IMG/VR virus record: IMGVR_UViG_2579778539_000002
DNA length: 14,727 nt
Strand: one strand, 5' to 3'
Origin: a virus
Taxonomy: Duplodnaviria > Heunggongvirae > Uroviricota > Caudoviricetes
In this document: piece after piece, positions 1 through 7,470 of the stretch
Layout: every line of letters begins with the position of its first letter
Position numbering within the stretch: position 1 is the first letter of the stretch
Translations under genes and position numbers: made by a program
Notes under the pieces: model-generated
Databases searched by the model: none
What the model was told of the DNA's origin: nothing
What the model saw: the letters and a program-made list of their open reading frames with translations, nothing else

Positions 1-237
1 TACCGCAAACAGCTTGCCCTGCCGGATTTCAGTCCGTTGTCACAGGACAGACTCGCCATTCAGTTGATCCGCGAACGCGGTGCACTGGATGACATCCGGG
101 CGGGACGCATTGAGCGCGCCATTTCACGCTGTCGCAATATCTGGGCGTCCCTGCCGGGTGCCGGTTACGGTCAGCGTGAGCATTCACTGGAAAAACTGGT
201 CACCGTCTGGCGTACCGCCGGCGGCGTACCGGCTTAA
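1..237 (+). CDS. K: Endolysin (P2 gpK-like lysozyme), C-terminal fragment; 5' end lies outside the window
   Basis: Frame 1 is open from base 1 to TAA at 235-237. The C-terminal residues ...LPGAGYGQREHSLEKL... resemble the P2 K endolysin as I recall it. Position directly upstream of lysA fits P2 order. Confidence 0.7.
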   Translation, partial: YRKQLALPDFSPLSQDRLAIQLIRERGALDDIRAGRIERAISRCRNIWASLPGAGYGQREHSLEKLVTVWRTAGGVPA

Positions 238-251
238 ACGGAGTAAACACC

Positions 252-677
252 ATGAAGAAATTATCCCTTTCACTGATGCTGAACGTGTCGCTGGCGCTGA
301 TGCTGGCACTGTCCCTGATTTACCCGCAGAGCGTGGCCGTCAGTTTTGTCGCTGCCTGGGCGATTCTGGCGACGGTTATCTGTGTGGTTGCCGGCGGTGT
401 CGGCGTGTATGCCACTGAGTATGTACTGGAGCGCTACGGGCGGGAGCTGCCGCCGGAATCGCTGGCCGTGAAGATTGTCGCGTCGCTGTTTTTGCAGCTG
501 GTGCCGTGGCGCAGACGGGCGGTGGCTCTGGTAGTGATGGTGGCGACGTTTATCTCGCTGGTCGCTGCCGGGTGGATTTTTACCGCGCTGATTTATCTCG
601 TGGTATCGGTGTTCTTCCGGCTGATACGTACGGCCTGCCGTCAGCGTTTTGAGGGGCGGGAACCATGTCAAAGCTGA
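252..677 (+). CDS. lysA: LysA-like lysis accessory membrane protein (141 aa)
   Basis: ATG at 252 preceded by GGAG. Protein is very hydrophobic with several predicted transmembrane stretches. Length of 141 aa and position after K match P2 lysA. Confidence 0.6.
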   Translation: MKKLSLSLMLNVSLALMLALSLIYPQSVAVSFVAAWAILATVICVVAGGVGVYATEYVLERYGRELPPESLAVKIVASLFLQLVPWRRRAVALVVMVATFISLVAAGWIFTALIYLVVSVFFRLIRTACRQRFEGREPCQS

Positions 678-1090
678 TGATTGTGCTGGTCGTGTTGTTA
701 TCGCTGGCGGTGGCGGGTCTGTTTCTGGCGAAGCATGAAAACGCCCGCCTGCGCGCCTCGCTGGACAGGGCGAATAACGTCGCCAGTGAACAGCAGACGA
801 CCATCACCATGCTGAAAAATCAGCTTCATGTTGCCATCACCAGGGCAGACAAAAACGAGCTGGCGCAGGTGGCACTGCGTCAGGAACTGGAGAACGCCGC
901 GAAGCGTGAAGCACAGCGCGAGAAAACCATCACGAGGTTACTCAATGAAAACGAAGATTTTCGCCGCTGGTACGGCGCTGACCTGCCTGATGCTGTGCGC
1001 CGGTTGCACCAGCGCCCCGCCTGCACCGACGCCAGTGATTGTCCACAACGCCTGCCCGAAAGTGAGCCTTTGCCCGATGCCGGGCAGTGA
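665..1090 (+). CDS. lysB: LysB, Rz-like inner-membrane spanin (141 aa)
   Basis: N-terminal transmembrane segment (LMIVLVVLLSLAVAGLFLA) followed by a charged, probably coiled-coil region. Start overlaps the lysA end. Length matches P2 LysB. Confidence 0.65.
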   Translation: MSKLMIVLVVLLSLAVAGLFLAKHENARLRASLDRANNVASEQQTTITMLKNQLHVAITRADKNELAQVALRQELENAAKREAQREKTITRLLNENEDFRRWYGADLPDAVRRLHQRPACTDASDCPQRLPESEPLPDAGQ

Positions 1091-1235
1091 CCCGCAGAAG
1101 AACGGCGATTTAAGTGCCGATATCCGGCAGCTTGAGAACGCGCTGGCACGCTGTGCCAGCCAGGTAAAAATGATTAAACAGTGTCAGGACGAAAACGATG
1201 CTCAAACCCGACAGCCTGCGCAGGGCGCTGACTGA
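945..1235 (+). CDS. lysC: LysC, Rz1-like outer-membrane lipoprotein spanin (96 aa), starting inside lysB in another frame
   Basis: Internal ATG at 945 within six-frame ORF 828..1235. Signal peptide with lipobox LCAG|C, then a Pro-rich mature region. It runs 145 bp past the lysB stop, the overlapped spanin architecture. Length of 96 aa matches P2 LysC. Confidence 0.65.
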   Translation: MKTKIFAAGTALTCLMLCAGCTSAPPAPTPVIVHNACPKVSLCPMPGSDPQKNGDLSADIRQLENALARCASQVKMIKQCQDENDAQTRQPAQGAD

Positions 1236-1665
1236 TGCCGTCACGGTGCTGAAAACCAGTCCTGAGATGCTGCGGATATTCGTGGATAACGGGAGTATTG
1301 CCTCCACACTGGCGACGTCGCTGTCATTCGAAAAGCGTTACACGCTCAATGTCATTGTGACCGACTTTACCGGTGATTTTGATCTGCTCATTGTGCCGGT
1401 GCTGGCGTGGCTGCGGGAAAATCAGCCCGACATCATGACCACCGACGAAGGTCAGAAAAAGGGCTTCACGTTTTATGCAGACATCAACAATGACAGCAGC
1501 TTTGATATCAGCATCAGCCTGATGCTGACCGAGCGCACGCTGGTCAGTGAGGTGGACGGCGCGCTGCATGTGAAGAATATCCCGGAACCTCCGCCGCCGG
1601 AGCCGGTCACCCACCCGATGGAGCTTTATATCAATGGCGAACTGGTGAGTAAGTGGGATGAATGA
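1198..1665 (+). CDS. R: Tail completion protein gpR (155 aa)
   Basis: Length and position match P2 gpR. Start overlaps the lysC end and the stop overlaps the S start (ATGAATGA). Confidence 0.75.
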   Translation: MLKPDSLRRALTDAVTVLKTSPEMLRIFVDNGSIASTLATSLSFEKRYTLNVIVTDFTGDFDLLIVPVLAWLRENQPDIMTTDEGQKKGFTFYADINNDSSFDISISLMLTERTLVSEVDGALHVKNIPEPPPPEPVTHPMELYINGELVSKWDE

Positions 1666-2110
1666 GTTTAAGCGTTTTGAAGACAGGCTGACCGGACTTA
1701 TTGAGTCGCTGTCACCGTCAGGGCGTCGGCGACTGAGCGCCGAACTGGCGAAACGTCTGCGTCAGAGTCAGCAGCGTCGGGTGATGGCACAGAAAGCCCC
1801 GGACGGCACACCCTACGCACCACGCCAGCAGCAGAGCGCCAGAAAAAAGACCGGTCGCGTTAAGCGAAAAATGTTTGCGAAACTTATCACCAGTCGTTTT
1901 TTGCATATCCGCGCCAGCCCGGAACAGGCATCAATGGAGTTTTACGGCGGGAAGTCACCGAAAATCGCCAGCGTGCATCAGTTCGGTCTGTCGGAAGAAA
2001 ACCGAAAAGACGGTAAGAAAATTGATTATCCGGCGCGTCCTCTGCTCGGCTTTACCAGTGAGGATGTGCAGATGATTGAAGAGATTATCCTGGCTCACCT
2101 CGACCGTTAG
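1658..2110 (+). CDS. S: Tail completion protein gpS (150 aa)
   Basis: Length and position match P2 gpS. Translationally coupled to R. Confidence 0.75.
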   Translation: MNEFKRFEDRLTGLIESLSPSGRRRLSAELAKRLRQSQQRRVMAQKAPDGTPYAPRQQQSARKKTGRVKRKMFAKLITSRFLHIRASPEQASMEFYGGKSPKIASVHQFGLSEENRKDGKKIDYPARPLLGFTSEDVQMIEEIILAHLDR

Positions 2111-2142
2111 TTGTGCCATTCCTGACACCTCATCGTCACATT

Positions 2143-2164
2143 GCCGCCGGTATGACCCGGCGGC
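2143..2164 (+). other. GC-rich inverted repeat (8-bp stem GCCGCCGG/CCGGCGGC, 6-nt loop) in the S-V intergenic region
   Basis: Read directly from the sequence. No U-tract follows, so it is not a canonical intrinsic terminator. Function unknown. Confidence 0.4.
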
Positions 2165-2176
2165 ATCCTTCCCGTT

Positions 2177-2812
2177 ATGAACACTCTCGCAAATATTCAG
2201 GAACTCGCGCGCGCACTGCGCAACATGATTCGCACCGGCCTTGTCGTCGAAACCGACCTTAACGCCGGTCGCTGCCGTGTGCAGACCGGCGGCATGTGCA
2301 CCGACTGGCTTCAGTGGCTGACCTGTCGTGCCGGGCGTTCGCGCACATGGTGGGCACCTTCCGTGGGAGAGCAGGTGCTGATTCTGGCCGTGGGCGGTGA
2401 ACTCGACACTGCGTTCGTTCTGCCGGGGATTTATTCCGGCGATAACCCCGCGCCGTCGGCGTCGGCGGATGCCCTGCATATCCGTTTCCCTGACGGGGCG
2501 GTGATTGAGTATGAACCTGAAACCAGTGCACTCACGGTAAGCGGAATTAAAACGGCCAGCGTGACGGCTTCTGATTCTGTTACTGCCACGGTGCCGGTGG
2601 TCATGGTGAAAGCATCAACCCGCGTCACCCTGGACACACCGGAGGTGGTCTGCACCAACAGGCTGATTACCGGCACGCTGGAAGTGCAGAAGGGCGGGAC
2701 GATGCGCGGCAACATTGAACACACCGGCGGTGAACTTTCATCAAACGGTAAAGTACTGCATACCCATAAACACCCCGGCGACAGCGGCGGCAAAACCGGG
2801 AGTCCTCTATGA
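2177..2812 (+). CDS. V: Baseplate spike/assembly protein gpV (211 aa)
   Basis: Length matches P2 gpV and the N-terminus resembles it as I recall. First gene after the S-V gap. Confidence 0.8.
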   Translation: MNTLANIQELARALRNMIRTGLVVETDLNAGRCRVQTGGMCTDWLQWLTCRAGRSRTWWAPSVGEQVLILAVGGELDTAFVLPGIYSGDNPAPSASADALHIRFPDGAVIEYEPETSALTVSGIKTASVTASDSVTATVPVVMVKASTRVTLDTPEVVCTNRLITGTLEVQKGGTMRGNIEHTGGELSSNGKVLHTHKHPGDSGGKTGSPL

Positions 2813-3156
2813 CAGCGCGTTATCTCGGAATGAATCGCAGTGATGGCCTGACTGTCACTGACCTTGAGCATATCAGCCAGAGTATCGGCGATATCCTGCG
2901 CACACCGGTCGGCTCACGGGTGATGCGTCGTGATTACGGCTCGTTGCTGGCGTCAATGATTGACCAGCCGCAGACCCCGGCGCTTGAGTTGCAGATTAAG
3001 GTCGCCTGTTACATGGCCGTACTGAAATGGGAACCCCGCGTCACCCTGTCATCCGTCACCACGGCGCGCAGTTTTGACGGGCGAATGACGGTCACGTTAA
3101 CCGGTCAGCACAACGACACCGGCCAGCCACTTTCGTTAACCATCCCTGTGAGTTGA
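2809..3156 (+). CDS. W: Baseplate wedge protein gpW (gp25/GPW family, 115 aa)
   Basis: Length matches P2 gpW. Start overlaps the V stop (ATGA). Synteny V-W-J-I. Confidence 0.8.
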   Translation: MTARYLGMNRSDGLTVTDLEHISQSIGDILRTPVGSRVMRRDYGSLLASMIDQPQTPALELQIKVACYMAVLKWEPRVTLSSVTTARSFDGRMTVTLTGQHNDTGQPLSLTIPVS

Positions 3157-3160
3157 AACC

Positions 3161-4069
3161 ATGCCGATTATCGACCTGAACCAGCTACCCGCACCGGATG
3201 TGGTCGAGGAGCTGGACTTTGAAACCATTCTTGCCGAACGCAAGGCGACACTGATTTCCCTTTACCCGGAAGACCAGCAGGAGGCGGTTGCCCGTACCCT
3301 GACGCTGGAATCCGAGCCTCTCGTCAAACTGCTGGAGGAAAATGCTTATCGTGAGCTTATCTGGCGTCAGCGTGTGAATGAGGCCGCACGGGCGGTAATG
3401 CTGGCCTGTGCCGCCGGTAATGACCTTGATGTGATTGGTGCCAATTACAACACCACGCGCCTGATTATCACCCCGGCAGATGATTCGACTATCCCGCCGA
3501 CACCGGCAGTGATGGAGTCTGACACCGATTATCGTCTGCGTATTCAGCAGGCGTTTGAGGGCTTAAGCGTCGCCGGGTCGGTGGGAGCCTATCAGTATCA
3601 TGGTCGCAGTGCCGACGGGCGTGTCGCGGATATCTCTGTCACCAGTCCGTCTCCGGCCTGCGTCACCATCTCTGTGCTGTCACGTGAAAATAACGGTGTC
3701 GCATCCGAAGACCTGCTGGCCGTGGTGCGTAACGCCCTTAATGGCGAGGACGTCAGGCCGGTGGCCGACCGCGTGACCGTGCAGTCTGCCGCCATCGTTG
3801 AATACCAGATAAACGCCACGCTGTATCTTTACCCTGGTCCCGAAAGCGAACCCATTCGCGCTGCCGCCGTGAAAAAACTGGAAGCGTATATCACGGCACA
3901 GCACCGGCTGGGGCGCGACATCCGTCTGTCTGCCATTTATGCCGCTTTGCATGTGGAAGGCGTGCAGCGTGTCGAACTGACTGCACCTCTGGCTGACATC
4001 GTGCTCAACAATACGCAGGCGTCTTTCTGTACTGAATACCGCGTCGTGACCGGAGGCTCGGATGAGTGA
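3161..4069 (+). CDS. J: Baseplate protein gpJ (302 aa)
   Basis: Length matches P2 gpJ. Synteny. Confidence 0.8.
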   Translation: MPIIDLNQLPAPDVVEELDFETILAERKATLISLYPEDQQEAVARTLTLESEPLVKLLEENAYRELIWRQRVNEAARAVMLACAAGNDLDVIGANYNTTRLIITPADDSTIPPTPAVMESDTDYRLRIQQAFEGLSVAGSVGAYQYHGRSADGRVADISVTSPSPACVTISVLSRENNGVASEDLLAVVRNALNGEDVRPVADRVTVQSAAIVEYQINATLYLYPGPESEPIRAAAVKKLEAYITAQHRLGRDIRLSAIYAALHVEGVQRVELTAPLADIVLNNTQASFCTEYRVVTGGSDE

Positions 4070-4673
4070 TTCGCGACTGCTGCCGACCGGCTCATCACCG
4101 CTTGAAGTCGCCGCCGCAAAAGCCTGTGCGGAAATTGAAAAAACGCCGGTCAGTATTCGTGAGCTGTGGAACCCGGATACCTGTCCGGCAAATCTGCTGC
4201 CGTGGCTGGCGTGGTCATTTTCGGTCGACAGGTGGGATGATAAATGGCCGGAAGCGACCAAACGCGCTGTTATCCGCGATGCGTATTTCATTCACTGCCA
4301 TAAGGGCACTATTGGTGCGATTCGCCGTGTGGTGGAGCCGCTCGGCTATCTGATTGAGGTGAGGGAGTGGTGGCAACTCAACGAGGAGCCGGGGACGTTC
4401 CGTATCGTTGTTGGCGTGCTTGAGCAGGGTATTACCGAGGAAATGTATCAGGAGCTGGAGCGCCTCGTTGCTGATGCAAAACCGGCAAGCCGCCATCTGA
4501 CGGGACTGGCTATCAGTTTAAGTACAACCGGCAACATTTTTGCCGGTGCGGGATGCTATCACGGCGACGCCCTGACGGTTTATCCCTACACCCCGGAGGC
4601 CATTATTGTCGGAGGGGATTATTTCCCGGCCTCGGCCATTCATTTAATTGATAACCTGAGAGTAAACGCATGA
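4062..4673 (+). CDS. I: Baseplate protein gpI (203 aa)
   Basis: Position between J and H; start overlaps the J stop. Longer than the ~176 aa I recall for P2 gpI (unverified). Confidence 0.7.
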   Translation: MSDSRLLPTGSSPLEVAAAKACAEIEKTPVSIRELWNPDTCPANLLPWLAWSFSVDRWDDKWPEATKRAVIRDAYFIHCHKGTIGAIRRVVEPLGYLIEVREWWQLNEEPGTFRIVVGVLEQGITEEMYQELERLVADAKPASRHLTGLAISLSTTGNIFAGAGCYHGDALTVYPYTPEAIIVGGDYFPASAIHLIDNLRVNA

Positions 4674-5992
4674 CAGTGAAATACTACGCCATTCTGACTA
4701 ATCAGGGCGCAGCACGGCTGGCTAACGCGACGATGCTCGGCAGTAAGCTGAATCTGACGCAAATGGCCGTTGGTGATGCGAATGGTGTCTTGCCGACACC
4801 AGACCCGGCACAGACAAAACTGATTAACCAGAAACGCATCGCGCCGCTGAATCTTCTGAGTGTTGACCCGAACAACCAGAGCCAGATTATTGCGGAGCAA
4901 ATCATCCCTGAGAACGAGGGCGGATTCTGGATCCGTGAGATTGGGCTTTATGATGATGAAGGCGTACTCATTGCGGTGGCGAACTGCCCGGAAACGTACA
5001 AACCGCAGTTGCAGGAAGGCAGTGGTCGTACCCAGACTATCCGCATGATTCTGGTTGTCACGAATACCGAAGCTATCACGCTGAAAATCGACCCGTCGGT
5101 GGTACTGGCGACCCGTAAATACGTGGATGATGAAGTCCTGGAATTAAGGCTGTATGTGGATGACCAGATGAGAAACCACATTGCCGCACAGGATCCTCAT
5201 ACACAGTATGCGCAGAAACATAATCCGACATTTACCGGAGAACCAAAAGCGCCGACGCCTGCCGCAGGAAATAACACCACGCGGATTGCGACCACTGCGT
5301 TTGTTCAGGCCGCTATTACCGCTCTGATTAACGGTGCGCCAGCCACGCTGGACACACTGAAAGAAATTGCCGCAGCCATTAACAATGACCCGAAATTCAG
5401 CACCACCATTAACAATGCGCTGTCAGGTAAGCAGCCACTGGATGAGACGCTGACTCATTTGAGTGGAAAGGATGTAGCTGGTCTTCTCGCATACCTTGGT
5501 TTGGGAGAAGGCTCTGCATTACCGGTTGGTGTGCCTGTTCCGTGGCCTTCAGCCACTCCGCCAACAGGCTGGCTGAAATGCAATGGTGCGGCTTTTTCTG
5601 CTGAAGAATACCCGGAACTGGCAAAGGCTTACCCGACCAATAAATTGCCTGATTTACGTGGTGAGTTTATTCGTGGCTGGGATGATGAACGTGGTGTGGA
5701 TAGTGGGCGAACTCTGCTTTCATCGCAAGGAGATGCTATTCGAAACATTACTGGCGGTTTTGGTCAGTTGCGCGTAAACAGCGAAATTAATGCAATTGTC
5801 GATGTTCAAAGTGTGAGTGGGGCTTTTTACGGAGGTACCTCAGTCCGGAATAACATCAATGTGTCTATGACATACGCTAATGACCGAAAAATCCGACAAG
5901 ATGTTCACTTCTCGGCGGCAAATGTTGTTCCAACAGCAAATGAAAATCGTCCACGTAACATCGCCTTTAATTATATTGTGAGGGCTGCATGA
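4670..5992 (+). CDS. H: Tail fibre protein H (440 aa): constant N-terminal part (aa 1 to ~280) fused to the currently expressed variable C-terminal part, with a recombination site inside the gene
   Basis: N-terminus resembles the P2 H / Mu S fibre N-terminal domain. C-terminal part carries a phage tail-collar-like motif (WLKCNGAAFSAEEYPELAKAYP...LPDLRGEFIRGWDDERGVD). Start overlaps the I stop (ATGA). The 26-bp hix-like site at 5484..5509 is in frame. Confidence 0.85.
   Translation: MTVKYYAILTNQGAARLANATMLGSKLNLTQMAVGDANGVLPTPDPAQTKLINQKRIAPLNLLSVDPNNQSQIIAEQIIPENEGGFWIREIGLYDDEGVLIAVANCPETYKPQLQEGSGRTQTIRMILVVTNTEAITLKIDPSVVLATRKYVDDEVLELRLYVDDQMRNHIAAQDPHTQYAQKHNPTFTGEPKAPTPAAGNNTTRIATTAFVQAAITALINGAPATLDTLKEIAAAINNDPKFSTTINNALSGKQPLDETLTHLSGKDVAGLLAYLGLGEGSALPVGVPVPWPSATPPTGWLKCNGAAFSAEEYPELAKAYPTNKLPDLRGEFIRGWDDERGVDSGRTLLSSQGDAIRNITGGFGQLRVNSEINAIVDVQSVSGAFYGGTSVRNNINVSMTYANDRKIRQDVHFSAANVVPTANENRPRNIAFNYIVRAA
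5484..5509. repeat. Left recombination site, hix/gix-like 26-bp element (TTCTCGCATACC-TT-GGTTTGGGAGAA), inside H
   Basis: The 15 bp at 5496..5510 (TTGGTTTGGGAGAAG) are a perfect inverted repeat of 7389..7403. Overall form is two 12-bp half-sites around a central dinucleotide, similar to hixL as recalled (TTCTTGAAAACC-AA-GGTTTTTGATAA). Confidence 0.6.
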
Positions 5993-6594
5993 TGAATAAA
6001 GCTGTATTAAATAGTGAACTCATTGCCATAAAAGCGGGAGACATTATCATTTATAATTATGATGGTGAAACGCGTGAATATATTTCTACATCAACTGAAT
6101 GTCTCGCTGTCGGCGTCGGTATCCCGGCATGTTCTTGTTTAGATGCACCAGTTACACATAAAGCTGGTTATGCAATCTGCCGTTCTGCAGATTTTAACTC
6201 ATGGGAATATGTGCCAGACCATCGCGGTGAAATCATCTATAGCACCGAAACAGGAGAATCGAAAGAAATCACAGCTCCGGGTGATTACCCTGAAAATACA
6301 ACCACTATCGCCCCGTTAACGCCATATGATAAATGGGATGGTGAGAAATGGGTGACGGATACTGAGGCACAGCATAGTGCCGCAGTAGACGCGGCAGAAG
6401 CACAGCGCCAGTCACTGATTGATGCAGCAATGGCTTCCATTAGTCTGATTCAGCTGAAATTACAGGCCGGACGGAAGTTGACGCAGGCAGAAACAACCAG
6501 ACTTAACGCTGTGCTGGATTACATTGACGCGGTGACGGCAACAGATACCAGCACCGCGCCGGATGTCATCTGGCCTGAACTGCCGGAGGCGTAG
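5989..6594 (+). CDS. G: Tail fibre assembly protein G (201 aa), partner of the currently expressed H variable part
   Basis: Start overlaps the H stop (ATGATGA). C-terminus has the tail fibre assembly motif (LDYIDAV...DTSTAPDVIWPELP). Longer than the 175 aa I recall for P2 G. Confidence 0.75.
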   Translation: MMNKAVLNSELIAIKAGDIIIYNYDGETREYISTSTECLAVGVGIPACSCLDAPVTHKAGYAICRSADFNSWEYVPDHRGEIIYSTETGESKEITAPGDYPENTTTIAPLTPYDKWDGEKWVTDTEAQHSAAVDAAEAQRQSLIDAAMASISLIQLKLQAGRKLTQAETTRLNAVLDYIDAVTATDTSTAPDVIWPELPEA

Positions 6595-7018
6595 GCCATT
6601 CAATATCTGGCGCACCGGAAGTATCGACCAGCACCAGTGCGTCCAGATAATCCAGCCACAAATTATATTGCGCCAGTTCGTCATCTTTCAGACGACCAAT
6701 AGCGGCTTTACCGGGCCATTGCTTACTGTTCATGTATTCGTTGGCCTGGTTAATTAGTAGCTGTCTTTCTGATTCAGTAATTTCAATAAGCTCTTCATGC
6801 GTGGGTGGAGGAATATCTGCCCACGCAGGCATCCCATCATCTCCGGCAATACGGATTTTTCCTTGTGGCGGTTCAGCCATAAACTCACTGATAATATTTT
6901 GATTCACCTCCTTTGCATCTGATAAATCCCATCCCTCTGATTTATATTTATCAATCATATCCACAGGGAAAAAAGCATTATGCCTTGCGCTATAAACATA
7001 TTCGTTCATATAAATCAC
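6566..7018 (-). CDS. Alternative tail fibre assembly protein (G', 150 aa) in the silent orientation
   Basis: C-terminus (LWLDYLDALVLVDTSGAPDIEWPTPP) parallels the G C-terminal motif. Sits directly downstream of the alternative fibre segment on the minus strand. Its 3' end overlaps the G 3' end by 29 bp. Confidence 0.65.
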   Translation of the reverse strand: MIYMNEYVYSARHNAFFPVDMIDKYKSEGWDLSDAKEVNQNIISEFMAEPPQGKIRIAGDDGMPAWADIPPPTHEELIEITESERQLLINQANEYMNSKQWPGKAAIGRLKDDELAQYNLWLDYLDALVLVDTSGAPDIEWPTPPAVQAR

Positions 7019-7029
7019 CCTGAATAAAA

Positions 7030-7443
7030 TTACTCACCAACAGCCCACCAACTGTAATTCATCGATACTGTGGAACTGGTTGATGCAGTTCTGTAAGCGG
7101 AATTAAAACCGGTTAATGTTGGGCCTTCTGCAGTCATCATGAACCCTCGCCCAGCACCTAAAGGCGCACCACCATCACCAGAATGAGTAAGCATGGCGCA
7201 GTCCACTTTTTTAGGAAAAGGGATGCTGAATGTAATTCTCATTGTTTGCGTCGATAATGTCGGCGTAACCGCACCACGACCATATTGCAGGATTTTCCCG
7301 TTGGGTAATTTCATCCATCCATCACCACTGGCAAAAGAGGCCATGTCCGGTATCTGATTTTCCCCTGTCCCCACATCCCGTTTTGCCGCTTCTCCCAAAC
7401 CAACGTTTATGAAAATGCAGAGATAACGGGCAACTGGCATCAT
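7030..7443 (-). CDS. Alternative tail fibre variable C-terminal segment (H'v); no promoter of its own expected, would fuse to the H constant part after inversion
   Basis: Minus-strand ORF reads through the right recombination site. Residues GLGE at aa 15-18 are encoded by the inverted repeat in the same frame as GLGE (aa 277-280) of H. The ATG at 7441-7443 lies outside the segment and may not be a real start. Confidence 0.6.
   Translation of the reverse strand: MMPVARYLCIFINVGLGEAAKRDVGTGENQIPDMASFASGDGWMKLPNGKILQYGRGAVTPTLSTQTMRITFSIPFPKKVDCAMLTHSGDGGAPLGAGRGFMMTAEGPTLTGFNSAYRTASTSSTVSMNYSWWAVGE
7390..7415. repeat. Right recombination site, hix/gix-like 26-bp element (TTCTCCCAAACC-AA-CGTTTATGAAAA)
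   Basis: Contains the reverse complement of the 15-bp core in H. Central dinucleotide AA is the complement of TT in the left site, as inversion requires. Lies 55 bp upstream of the invertase start. Confidence 0.6.
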
Positions 7444-7470
7444 CTCCGGTTTTTATTCAGGGGGATGCTC

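Larger units (their letters stand above)
5496..7403. other. Invertible DNA segment (Mu G-segment / P1 C-segment type) carrying two alternative fibre C-terminal segments and two fibre assembly genes in opposite orientations
   Basis: Bounded by the 15-bp perfect inverted repeat, holds convergent fibre-related ORFs on both strands, and a serine invertase gene lies immediately outside the right boundary. Confidence 0.65.

Noticed and set aside
270-671. 133-aa minus-strand ORF antisense to lysA
   Set aside because: Lies entirely within a well-supported + strand gene. Arg/Gln/His-rich composition is typical of spurious antisense frames in GC-rich DNA.
2111-2176. Search for Ogr-type late promoter elements (TGT-N12-ACA) upstream of V and upstream of FI (8030..8123)
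   Set aside because: By eye I found only TGT-N10-ACA upstream of V and no exact element upstream of FI, so I do not call late promoters. A proper motif scan is needed.
1955-2479. 174-aa minus-strand ORF spanning the S-V junction
   Set aside because: Antisense to S and V, Arg-rich, and has no RBS or synteny support.
3680-4291. 203-aa minus-strand ORF
   Set aside because: Antisense to the J/I junction in a tightly packed, translationally coupled operon. No recognisable protein features.
6563-6757. 64-aa + strand ORF overlapping G'
   Set aside because: Antisense to the better-supported minus-strand assembly gene. Short, with no RBS.
7465-7470. Upstream ATG as the invertase start
   Set aside because: The G-run Shine-Dalgarno abuts it with no spacer, and known Gin/Pin proteins start MLIGYVRVST, which corresponds to ATG 7471.
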